NCBI GenBank assembly: GCA_963740355.1
Contig: CAVUDW010000002.1
Coordinates: 544,001 to 608,000, forward strand
Reading direction: 5' to 3'
Source: an uncultured Gemmatimonadaceae bacterium
GTDB lineage: Bacteria; Gemmatimonadota; Gemmatimonadetes; Gemmatimonadales; Gemmatimonadaceae
DNA length: 64,000 nt
Shown: positions 1 to 8,938 of the stretch, one piece after another
How the letters are laid out: each line of letters starts with the position of its first letter
Numbering within the stretch: position 1 is the stretch's first letter
Position numbers and translations under genes: made by a program
The notes under the pieces: generated by a model
What the model was told of the DNA's origin: nothing
The model's input: only the letters and a program-made list of their open reading frames with translations
Database searches by the model: none

Positions 1-1713
1 AAACGGATCACCGCGCCTGACGTCGTAAGCAACCGAAATCTCGAGCTCGGCCGGGATCTGAGCACCTTCGGCGCCCGCAGTGATCGTGAATCCTCCCCGC
101 ACCTTGGTCAGGCTGAAACGACGCGGCTTCGCGGGAGGGATGACCACGGGCGGGGGATCATTCTCGCCCTTCTTGCGTGGCGTTGGTGAGGGGCGCACCG
201 GTCGCGAAGGATCTGGGGCCTCTGGGAGCGAGAAAAAGTCCGCAAGAATGTCCGGAGCGCTGTCGTCCTCATTCTCTTCGATCATTCGAACGAGCTTCTG
301 AACGCTCGAGCGCACGAAGTTGAGATAACCCGGCCCAAACTTGTACTTGTCCTTAAAGTTTCCGGTGTCGGGCCGCCACTCGGTATGCGCCGGATTCTCG
401 GCATCGCCCAGGAGGTCGGCAAGTGCCTTATCCTTGCACACGACGAGCGATCGAACGCCACGCGCCTTTTCGCCCTTCGCCTCACTGACTATCACGCCCT
501 CCCGGACAAAGACGGGCCGGCCGCTATCGTACGCCGCGTCCCGAATCAGGAATACGTCGAAGTGCGAGTGACGTTCGTCTGCGAACTTGGGCCGAACAAC
601 AATCGGAACCCTCAGCGCAACTGGATCGCCAGCGTCAAGCGAGGCTCGCACCCGAGTCTTGGACTCTTCATCGAGCATTGCTTCGTTCCACTTTGGGCTA
701 TTGTTCTGGTCGGGAGGACCACAAAGGACAGCGGACCGCCCCGCATCCGAGAAGGCGAACCGAGTAAGGTTGACCAGCGGCTCCAGTTCTCGTCGATCAT
801 CCGCGTCGAGCCGTGATATCTCTCCGTCGAGTGAATCACGATTCAGCGTCATAGTACCCGCTGGATCCGTGATCTCAATTTCTAGTTCGCCAGCCATAAG
901 GCAGTAGAACCAGTCACGAATTGCCGCGTCGACCAAAGCTGCCTTCGTAATGTCGTCATCATACCAAGGCACGACCAACGACAGTCCTGGTTCATCGCGC
1001 CGCTTAAGGCGGAAAGTCTCGCGGAATTTTGCGATGAGGTCGCGATCGTCCGACGGCGCCGTAATCATGCCATCTGCGAGAACGACCTTCGATCCGAGAT
1101 AACCATCGGGAACGTGATAGCCCTCTGACGTCCTGTGCGACTTCAAGATGCATCGGCCCAGCAGGAGCGACTGGCGATCGCTTTCGCGAATAGTCCAACC
1201 GACAAACGCACTGCCTTTGCTAGCGCGAGGGAAGACGAATTTCCCGATCCCCCACCGTCCGCGACGGCCCCCGTCCGATTTGGCATTTTCGCCCTCGGCG
1301 CGGAAGAAAGCGAAGAACCCATTTCGCGTACCCTCGATCCGGTGCCACTGGAGCGGGTCGCCTTCGAGCCCCGTCGTTCCGAAATCCTCAAAGGTCAGGA
1401 ACTGACAAGGCTTCGTAATGTCGGGACGCCGGTTGGGCTGGATGCCATTGCCTGCAGCATCCAGATGCGGTCGCAATTTGCCAAAGAGGGCCGACGCTTT
1501 GGTCGCTGACGCTGCCCACTCTGGCCCAGAGATCAGGATCCGGACCTTGGCCATTCCGCTGCCTACGCGCGCATCCATCGTATTTTGGACGCCTTCCCGA
1601 ACTAACGCTTCCGCAGAATTTCGGATTGCTTCCGTGGCGAAGAACTCACCGCTGATCGGGTCGCGGGTGGTGTCGTCGGGCTGCTTCTTTTTAAAAGACC
1701 AATGAGCCGACAT
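1..1713 (-). CDS. Divergent GHKL (HATPase/MORC-like) ATPase, partial (>571 aa, runs off left edge; absent from ORF track)
   Basis: My translation from ATG 1713 stays open to base 1: MSAHWSFKKK...EALVREGVQNTMDA (ExxxNxxDA), FEDFGTTGL (DxGxG-like), GRRGRWGIGKF (G-rich lid), later LGDAENPAHTEW and a Pro-rich linker. Confidence 0.8.
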   Translation of the reverse strand, partial: MSAHWSFKKKQPDDTTRDPISGEFFATEAIRNSAEALVREGVQNTMDARVGSGMAKVRILISGPEWAASATKASALFGKLRPHLDAAGNGIQPNRRPDITKPCQFLTFEDFGTTGLEGDPLQWHRIEGTRNGFFAFFRAEGENAKSDGGRRGRWGIGKFVFPRASKGSAFVGWTIRESDRQSLLLGRCILKSHRTSEGYHVPDGYLGSKVVLADGMITAPSDDRDLIAKFRETFRLKRRDEPGLSLVVPWYDDDITKAALVDAAIRDWFYCLMAGELEIEITDPAGTMTLNRDSLDGEISRLDADDRRELEPLVNLTRFAFSDAGRSAVLCGPPDQNNSPKWNEAMLDEESKTRVRASLDAGDPVALRVPIVVRPKFADERHSHFDVFLIRDAAYDSGRPVFVREGVIVSEAKGEKARGVRSLVVCKDKALADLLGDAENPAHTEWRPDTGNFKDKYKFGPGYLNFVRSSVQKLVRMIEENEDDSAPDILADFFSLPEAPDPSRPVRPSPTPRKKGENDPPPVVIPPAKPRRFSLTKVRGGFTITAGAEGAQIPAELEISVAYDVRRGDPF

Positions 1714-1851
1714 TGCGAAATTTGACTTCGTTTGCGTGCGTGCAGCTGTGAACGACCGGATGATGGTCGCTGTACACAATCAGCTGGAGGGAAGGCATGC
1801 CGTCGCAGACGGTTACACAGACGCTACTCTGCGATCATTTCTGAGCTACGC

Positions 1852-2076
1852 TCAAAGTACCTTGCGCTTGACCTTCATTCGCTGCTTCTGTCCTCCCGCA
1901 TTGTGTCGCGCCGAAATTATCAAGTGTGCGGTATGAGCAAATTCTGTTGCAGTCTGGGCGCCGTTCACCGCAGATCGATTCAGATACTCTAGGATCTCGT
2001 CCGGTGTAAGCGCTTGAGCGCCGCTCAACAGCGGATCCAGGACGAAGAAGTTGCGAATCCTTCGAATTAGCGTCAC
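1852..2076 (-). CDS. Small hypothetical protein (74 aa), basic C-terminus
   Basis: The GTG start overlaps the TGA of the upstream gene (GTGA, 2073-2076) and is preceded by AAAGGGGGG, which suggests translational coupling. Confidence 0.55.
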   Translation of the reverse strand: MTLIRRIRNFFVLDPLLSGAQALTPDEILEYLNRSAVNGAQTATEFAHTAHLIISARHNAGGQKQRMKVKRKVL

Positions 2077-3023
2077 GTTCCCCCCTTTATGAGTTGACCG
2101 TTCGCAGTCGAAATTGTGAGTCTATCGAATAGCGTGGAATATACCTGCGCCAGATGTTCACTGATTGCTTTCATGCTGTCAACGTGCCTTCCATCCAATA
2201 CGCGGCCCGAACGGGATGTCAGAAATAGCAATCCGATCAAATCCTTCCGATCGCCCATCCAACCGACGAGAGGAGCGACTGCAAGTGCCTTAATGTCGTC
2301 GGGAAAAAGCCTATCGTTCTGAGTCATGACATACGCACCTTTCCGAGTCGCTGCAGCCAGATCGGGAATGAAAATGACGCCTTGGCATGGCACGTCTCCA
2401 GATCTAAAGAAGTTGGGAATGCCTTGATCAATCGGGATGGGCTCGCTTGTCGCGGATCGCGCTCGATTCAGTTTGCTGGAGCGTCCGAAGGTCACATACT
2501 GCGTGATCGTGCTTGGCCGCGATTTGTCGACAACCGCAATTCGGACGGCGCAGCCCGTCGTTTCGTCACCCGCCAGCCGACTGAAATGATTGGCAATCGA
2601 CTCACAGATTCCGTTAGAGTAGTCCAGAAGATGTTTGCGCTCATGCGGTGATATTTCAGCCTGTGCGCGAGGCGCCGCTGACTGGCGTTCGAACAAGTCT
2701 ACGATCATATCTCGCGAAGCAGACATGATGAGATGCATGTCTTTCTTCAGGGCGACAGAGCGTCGTGTGCGATTTCGAATCAGAAAGAAAACTGCGCTCA
2801 AAACCGTAATGGCAACTATGAAGCTGAATACGAACAAGTAGCGAGTGGGGAGCGTCACAGCCGCAGGCAACGAATCTGGCCACCAAAAGGGAGTGCCGAG
2901 TACAGGAAGGCCCAAAATTGCTGGGACCACCTGCGCACGCAGCCGGCTGAAAAATCCGCGCATCCCCACATTCCACGAACTCTCCCCGTCAATCCAGTGC
3001 GTTACATCATTCTTAGCAGGCAT
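2073..3023 (-). CDS. Membrane protein with about two N-terminal TM segments and a GAF-like C-terminal domain
   Basis: Hydrophobic segments VVPAILGLPVLG and YLFVFSFIVAITVLSAVFFLI; the C-terminus KALAVAPL...LIGLLFLTS...HVDSMKAISEHLA matches the GAF strand/helix pattern. Confidence 0.6.
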   Translation of the reverse strand: MPAKNDVTHWIDGESSWNVGMRGFFSRLRAQVVPAILGLPVLGTPFWWPDSLPAAVTLPTRYLFVFSFIVAITVLSAVFFLIRNRTRRSVALKKDMHLIMSASRDMIVDLFERQSAAPRAQAEISPHERKHLLDYSNGICESIANHFSRLAGDETTGCAVRIAVVDKSRPSTITQYVTFGRSSKLNRARSATSEPIPIDQGIPNFFRSGDVPCQGVIFIPDLAAATRKGAYVMTQNDRLFPDDIKALAVAPLVGWMGDRKDLIGLLFLTSRSGRVLDGRHVDSMKAISEHLAQVYSTLFDRLTISTANGQLIKGGT

Positions 3024-3185
3024 CAAGTGTTTCTAGGTCCGAGCGGCGCGTAAAGCTTCGAGTTCGGGGCATAGTAGCCGGAAGTAAACCGGAACTGCTG
3101 CTCGAAAGAGCGCGGCCGCACACGGGACGTCAAGTGTCCAGAGTGCTACACCGCGACAGTAGCGGCGCGGGACGCAGCTGTCGAA

Positions 3186-4444
3186 CTAGTCCGTGTAGGT
3201 TACTGCAAGCGCCCAGGGAAGCTTGGAAATGACCCCAAGTAGCGGCAAGCGCTCATGTGGCCACGCCGAAACGCAGGATCGTGCGCATCTGCACGAGGTT
3301 GTACGCGGCGTTCGTGGAGGCGAACACCCTTCGCCCGTGGCGTACCCCCGGTGGTGCAGTTTCCGTAGCCCGCCAATGGTCTTGGCCCACCCGCACACTT
3401 CCTCGACGAGCTTCCGCTTCACCTGACTGATCGCGTAGCCGGCATGGCGCGTCGTGATCATCGATGGCACTCTTGGCCTCGCGGGAATGGAGGTTATGCG
3501 CGACCGGCGGGGTGATGCAACACGCGCGCGTGGCCGCGACAAAGGCTGGACGGTCATAGTTTTTTTCTCCGCTCAGCGTCAATCGTCGCTGCCGGGCGGG
3601 TATGCATGCCGAGCATGGCGACGGCCGCATCCGGTTCCGCGTCGTAGCTTGGCGCGCAGACATCCGTCGCCACGATCAGCCCATGCCGGTTGTCAATCGG
3701 CACACTGCCGAGATCCCCGAGAATTCTCGCCGTCCTGTTGCGCTTGCGAACAAAGGCGCGCCTCGGGAACCGGCATCGACTGATGGCTCGCGCTCGCGCG
3801 CTTTTCCTTCCGGATATTGAACGTCGGATTCTTCGGATCGCCATCCGACGGGAGCGGAGTCGGATCGTCCTACGGCCGCAGACTCTTGCGACTCGCCCAC
3901 TAGTCGAGCAGCATCTCGGAGACGGTGAAGTCCTCGTGCGGGAGCAACCGTCGCTCGTCCGCGGCACGCGGCAATTCCGCCATAAAGGCGTCGGCGATGT
4001 GCCCCGCGATCAGGCGATTCCGATTTCTCCTGAACACCGCCGGGCCCCAAGTGGCGTCATCGGGACTAGTGCCGACGAACCAGCGGAACAGTAGGTTGCA
4101 ATTGAGTTGCTCCATCAGCTGCCGCTCGCTCGGCACGGGAGACGGCACCTGCAGGAGTGGGGCGCGGAGCAAGCGCTCGGGAGGGATCGACGGGCGGCAA
4201 ATCTTCGAGTAGAGCGCCTCGAATTTGGGCGACTGCGCCCCTTAGGATCGGGTTGACGAGCGCATGGATCGTCCGGAGAGGATGGTCGGAGGGAATGCGG
4301 TCTTCGGCCCACACATAGCTGGAAAAGGTCGGCTGCGTCGCGTCGGCCCACTCATGGCTCGGTGCCAGAAAGAGTCGACAACAACTGCTGGAAGCCTCAG
4401 GCCAGCGCGGCGGAAATCGGGCAACTTTTTCAGCAACCTGCTAA
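3186..4444 (-). mobile_element. Degenerate IS5/IS1182-type insertion sequence
   Basis: End sequence TTAG|CAGGTTGCTGAAAAAG (minus strand) at about 4424-4444 plus transposase fragments. The other end near 3186-3210 is only weakly recognisable. Confidence 0.7.
3253..4355 (-). pseudogene. Frameshifted IS5/IS1182-family (DUF772 + DDE) transposase
   Basis: Fragments lie in different frames: EDRIPSDHPLR, SERQLMEQLNCNLLFRWFVG, DNRHGLIVATDV, TTRHAGYAISQVKRKLVEEVCGWAKTIGGLRK, AAYNLVQMR. Several frameshifts and stops. Confidence 0.85.
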
Positions 4445-6219
4445 GACAGTGCTTTTCTGCGATCGAAGAAGTGCCGAAGTAGAATCACTGGTATCGGTTC
4501 GACTCCGAGTGTTTCAGCGCTCAGCTCATGAGTGACTCCATCGAAAACTTGTGCTGAGGGAACTGCAAGAACTAGCCCCGCGTCTTTCAGCTTTTGCTCA
4601 TCCGCATCCCACGCAATCAACAAGTGAATATCCTCGAGATACTTCTTTTCTGTCGCCAGATCCGCGATCAGTGAATCAAGCGAATACTTGAACTCAATAA
4701 GCGTTCTCAGCGGAGCTTGGCCGTCATTCAGGTAGTGCGTGTGAGCATCGTAGCGGTGGCCATATCCAGTCGTCAGCGTTCGGTATCGCGTGAGAATGCC
4801 GGCGCCTATCAACTCGTGAAAAATTGCGGCCACGGCGGCTTCCTGAGCGTCTGGGGCTTTTCCGTAGCGCAACTTCGGCTCCGCAAGGTCGACCAAGCCC
4901 TCTGCTCGCGCCCACTCAGCGGCGATGATGCTCTGCCGTTCCGCCTTCGAGATTTTTGGAGCAGATGGCTCAATTGTTTCGTCACCCTGATATCGCGCAA
5001 TTTCCTCGAACTTCAGGAACATGTCCCTTACCGCAGCCTGAAGCTTTCGCACCTGAGTGTAGTGCAAAGATTTCCGCCCGAGATCAAATTTCAGCTTCTT
5101 TGACTCGACCATGAAGAAGCAGCGCTTGTAGTACGCCGGGTATCTGCCTCCCTCAGGTATTGGGAGACTCATAGCCGTGGGCATTCCCTTCGTGGCAACA
5201 AAGACACCGCTTCTGAAGAGAACGTCGTCACTGCTGGTATCTGTCGGTTCCGGAAGCAGAAGCGTGTCTCGGGACAGGATTTTGAAGGCGTCGTTCTCGG
5301 GGAACATCACGCCATATACGCAAACCTCCCAAGACCCCTCTTTCACTGTTTGCGTGTGCCAAACAGTCTTCGATCCAACAAGCTTCTTTCTAAGTGCTAC
5401 GTCCGACATTGGCACAAAAGCGTTGCGTACGTCTTGGAGAGCAATCCGATTGCTTGTCTTGACGAGAAGATGTGGGGCGTGAAAGTGAGCTTCAGTTGAC
5501 TCCAGAGAGTTTTCGCCTGGTAAGGCCAAGTCAATGTAGGCATCGAACTCAGATAGCGTCTCCGGATCGTACAAGTTCGTGGTTACGCCAACCGCGGTGC
5601 GGGTGCGAATGAGGTACCGTAGCTCGCTCTTGGTCATCGCGAAAAGATTGCGGTCATTCGACGACGGCATAACATGCGATACTGTTATCCGAGAGAACGA
5701 GTTCATCGGATACGCCTTGTCGCAGATAGCAATTGACGCTGGGTAGGCGCGTTCTTCAGAGAAGGGTGCGTAGACTGGGCGGGGAACGCTGGAGTCGTCT
5801 GTTGCGAGCCATTGCTGGGCATTTGCAACCCTTCCGCCAGCTATCGCACTGCCAACGGTACGGCTTTCAATTTCAAATTCGTTTCCTGAAAAGATTGCAT
5901 ACGTCAGTCCGACACCCTTCTCTCCAACCTCCTTCGTGTCACCGTCTTTATCGCCTCCACCAGGTGCTAGTACTTCTTGGATCTTGCTTGCGGGAATTCC
6001 GATACCGTTATCTGTGACTTGAATCAGTGATTTGCTGGCGTCGATCCTTACGTGAACGAAGAAGGGTCCAGTTACGCCGCCGTCCTTCGCACGGGTAATC
6101 GCGTCACGCGAATTCTGGAGCATTTCTGCCAACAGATCCCAGTAGTGGTGGTAGCTGTCCCTAAGGCCGCGAAGTTCTTTCTTGATCGCGCGATCGTTTC
6201 GCTCATTCAGAAAATCCAT
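4441..6219 (-). CDS. GHKL ATPase fused to a C-terminal PD-(D/E)xK-like nuclease; candidate defence protein
   Basis: EMLQNSRDA, TDNGIGI and GEKGVGL motifs; C-terminal QEAAVAAIFHEL...YDA...IEFKY...DIHLLIAWD; GAGGA RBS before the ATG. Confidence 0.8.
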   Translation of the reverse strand: MDFLNERNDRAIKKELRGLRDSYHHYWDLLAEMLQNSRDAITRAKDGGVTGPFFVHVRIDASKSLIQVTDNGIGIPASKIQEVLAPGGGDKDGDTKEVGEKGVGLTYAIFSGNEFEIESRTVGSAIAGGRVANAQQWLATDDSSVPRPVYAPFSEERAYPASIAICDKAYPMNSFSRITVSHVMPSSNDRNLFAMTKSELRYLIRTRTAVGVTTNLYDPETLSEFDAYIDLALPGENSLESTEAHFHAPHLLVKTSNRIALQDVRNAFVPMSDVALRKKLVGSKTVWHTQTVKEGSWEVCVYGVMFPENDAFKILSRDTLLLPEPTDTSSDDVLFRSGVFVATKGMPTAMSLPIPEGGRYPAYYKRCFFMVESKKLKFDLGRKSLHYTQVRKLQAAVRDMFLKFEEIARYQGDETIEPSAPKISKAERQSIIAAEWARAEGLVDLAEPKLRYGKAPDAQEAAVAAIFHELIGAGILTRYRTLTTGYGHRYDAHTHYLNDGQAPLRTLIEFKYSLDSLIADLATEKKYLEDIHLLIAWDADEQKLKDAGLVLAVPSAQVFDGVTHELSAETLGVEPIPVILLRHFFDRRKALS

Positions 6220-6374
6220 CTTGGTCCTCGAGAAGTTATGCCGTGCGGTCGTTGATTGTATGATAACAATACGAAGGGCGTCGGGCGGTAGAAACTATGG
6301 AACGCAGCTTTGCGGGTCGCGACTACTCAGGTTCGAGATAATCTGGCCGACGGGCTAGATCTGCGTCACGGGCG

Positions 6375-7496
6375 TCACCCGAGCATCCTAGCCAACGGAA
6401 CGGCGCCGAACGTGCCTATATTGTCACGCGCGCCAACCGCCAGCGCACCAGTGCCTCGGAAGCGAAGGAGCGTCGCCACATGCGCGGAGAAGGGGGGAAG
6501 TACCGCCGCCAGCGCATGCCCGCGCCCAACCAGCGCTCGCACCGTTTGCATCAACGCCGAGCAATCCCCGACCTCGAACGACACCACCTGTCCATCCGCC
6601 CCAAACACAGGCAGACACCCACCGCCATCAGATGAGACAGTCACCCGATCCACTGGCGCCCCCGATTCCCAGTAGATCTCCAGCGCATCCGCCGCCGAAT
6701 ACGCATCCTCGCCGTCCGCGACTGGAAAATCCGTGATGTCGATGTAACACCCGAACTCCTTCACCAACGCGATCGCTTCGTGAAAGAGCGCTTTCCGTCG
6801 ATTCACATGCGTCGGATTGAACACCCGCGGCGGAATCTCCGAGACCGTCAGCGCCTCGCGAATCAGCTCCAGCCCGCGCAGCCCGTCGCCCACGTGCAGG
6901 TGCAGGATCCCCGCCTTGCCCGTCATCAATCCGGCCACGTGTGCATCGGCCGCGATCCGCAGCAGTTCCTGCAGCGTCGGCTGTGATGATCGATGATCCG
7001 AGATCGCCACTTCGCCCACGCCAATGATGCAATCGATGTTCACTATGTCGCTGCGCACCGAGCCGGTGAGCGTCGTCAGCGGCAGGTGATACCCACCGGT
7101 GTGGCACCAGGCATTGATCCCCTGTGCCCGTAGTGCACGCACACCGGCCACCAGTTCGGCGGTGGATCGCGTCACATCGTCGGTGCCCAGCACCCCGACC
7201 ACCGTCGTCACGCCGGCCTTCCGATACGACTCCGCCAGCGGTGCTGGCACCTTCGACGCCGGCCCCGCCTCACCACCACCACCGGTGATGTGGCAATGCC
7301 CATCGATCAGCCCCGGAATCACCCGCCGCCCTTCGAGGTCGATCTCCTCCACACCCAGGTACGGCGGAAACGACGGCCGCTCCGTCCCCATGTAGAGAAT
7401 CGTGCCGCCACCAATCAGGATGTGCTGGTGCCCCAGGTGCTCCGGCGCGTACACATCGCCGTTGAGCAGGAGAGTCATTGAACTCGTCGTCGTCAT
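6375..7496 (-). CDS. iadA: Isoaspartyl dipeptidase (beta-aspartyl peptidase)
   Basis: PGLIDGHCHITGGGGE, GVTTVVGVLGTD, GEVAISDHRSSQP, HVGDG, PTHVNR, SSDGGG; adjacent to cyanophycin genes. Confidence 0.93.
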   Translation of the reverse strand: MTTTSSMTLLLNGDVYAPEHLGHQHILIGGGTILYMGTERPSFPPYLGVEEIDLEGRRVIPGLIDGHCHITGGGGEAGPASKVPAPLAESYRKAGVTTVVGVLGTDDVTRSTAELVAGVRALRAQGINAWCHTGGYHLPLTTLTGSVRSDIVNIDCIIGVGEVAISDHRSSQPTLQELLRIAADAHVAGLMTGKAGILHLHVGDGLRGLELIREALTVSEIPPRVFNPTHVNRRKALFHEAIALVKEFGCYIDITDFPVADGEDAYSAADALEIYWESGAPVDRVTVSSDGGGCLPVFGADGQVVSFEVGDCSALMQTVRALVGRGHALAAVLPPFSAHVATLLRFRGTGALAVGARDNIGTFGAVPLARMLG

Positions 7497-7552
7497 GCGC
7501 CCAAGCCTACCGCTCCCGCCGCGCCGCCACCACCGGCACGAGCGGTCGCTGT

Positions 7553-8011
7553 CGCTTCGCCAGCGCCGTTAACAGCAATGGGGGCGGGAGGCCACGGAGC
7601 TCACGGAGTAGCTCCCGATGCCACCACTCGCGCTTCGCTACCGCCGTTAACAGCGATGGGGGCGGGAGGCCACGGAGCTCACGGAGTAGCTACGGTTGCC
7701 ACCTGCCGTGCAGCGCGATCCATCCTTGACGAGGAAAAGAGGGAACAGCGGAATAGCAGTCCCCGTCAATCTCGATGGCGGCGAAACGCGACGCCTCGTG
7801 AATGGAGCTACTCCGTGAGCTCCGTGGCCTCCCGCCCCCCTGCAGTTCAGGATGCATCGCTCGCGCGTGGAGTCCTCGTGTCCTACCGCCCACCTGCAGT
7901 TCACACTGCCCGCGAAACGCGACGCCTCGTGAATGGAGCTACTCCGTGAGCTCCGTGGCCTCCCGCCCCCCTGCAGTTGACGATGTCTCGCTCGCGCATG
8001 GAGCCCTCGTG
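7553..8011. repeat. Four copies of a 34-bp core (GGGGGCGGGAGGCCACGGAGCTCACGGAGTAGCT), two forward then two inverted
   Basis: Forward copies at 7580-7613 and 7658-7691 (78-bp period); reverse-complement copies at 7806-7839 and 7937-7970 (131-bp period). Confidence 0.92.
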
Positions 8012-8101
8012 CCGGCGCGGATGTAGTCCGGACACAGGCATGCCAACACTAGTCAGCCGCTCCGGCTCCCTGATCTCGCCCGTCCCCCGTACCTTGCGAC
8101 C

Positions 8102-8938
8102 ATGCCGTCTCCAACCAACCGCAAAGGCTGGCTCGTCCCGATCGGCGGGAAACTGACCGACGCCAACATCCTCGCTCGGTTCATCGAGCTCTGTGGGCCA
8201 CGGAATCCGGTCATCGCCATCATCCCCACCGCCTCGGAAGAGTCGGACATGGGGGCGTGGTACGAGAAGCAGTTCGCCAGGCACGGCGTCAAATACGCCC
8301 GCGCCCTCAACTTCCAGCGCCGATCCGACTGCGACGACCGCGACTGGACCGCGCAGCTCGAAGATGCCGACGGCGTATTCATCACCGGCGGCAACCAGCT
8401 CCGGTTGACCACCATCATGGGTGGAACCCCAGCGGCGCAGATCCTCCACGACCGCTTCTACGCCGGAATGCCAGTGGCCGGCACCAGCGCCGGGGCCGCT
8501 GTCATGTCCACCCACATGATCGCCGGCGGCGAGGAAGGCCCAACCCCTCGCGCAGGCATGGTGACGATGGCGCCAGGATTCGGCCTCACCCGCGACTTCA
8601 TCGTCGACCAGCACTTCCGCCAGCGCGACCGACTCGGACGGCTGCTTACCGCGCTGTCCTACAACCCCGCGCTTTTGGGTCTGGGCGTGGACGAAGACAC
8701 CGCCGCCTTCATCAGCCCGGACGACGAAATCGACGTCATGGGCACCAGCGCGGTCACGGTGATCGATACTGCGGATGTGGAGTTCTCCTCCATGCATGCA
8801 GCGGAACCGTACGACACCGTCACGCTGCTCGGCATCAGGATGCACCAACTCGCTGAAGGCGCCGGATTCAACCTCCGCACCCGCAAGGCGCACGGCAAGA
8901 ACGTCGTCACCCTCCAGCACACCGACCCGGCCGCATGA
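8102..8938 (+). CDS. cphB: Cyanophycinase (peptidase S51), no signal peptide
   Basis: LVPIGG, IPTAS, FITGGNQLRL, GTSAGA (catalytic Ser), DQHFRQRDRLGRL, GVDEDTA; ATGA overlap with cphA. Confidence 0.95.
   Translation: MPSPTNRKGWLVPIGGKLTDANILARFIELCGPRNPVIAIIPTASEESDMGAWYEKQFARHGVKYARALNFQRRSDCDDRDWTAQLEDADGVFITGGNQLRLTTIMGGTPAAQILHDRFYAGMPVAGTSAGAAVMSTHMIAGGEEGPTPRAGMVTMAPGFGLTRDFIVDQHFRQRDRLGRLLTALSYNPALLGLGVDEDTAAFISPDDEIDVMGTSAVTVIDTADVEFSSMHAAEPYDTVTLLGIRMHQLAEGAGFNLRTRKAHGKNVVTLQHTDPAA

Noticed and set aside
80..1705. Many short ORFs from the track
   Set aside because: All overlap the long minus-strand GHKL frame at 1-1713.
7553..8011. Possible CRISPR array (34-bp repeats)
   Set aside because: The repeats switch orientation, the intervening sequences are themselves duplicated, spacing is irregular, and no cas genes are present.
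7578..8026. ORFs within the repeat cluster, and likewise at 37559-38271 and 57031-57557
   Set aside because: These are translations of repeat DNA with low-complexity, repeated peptides.
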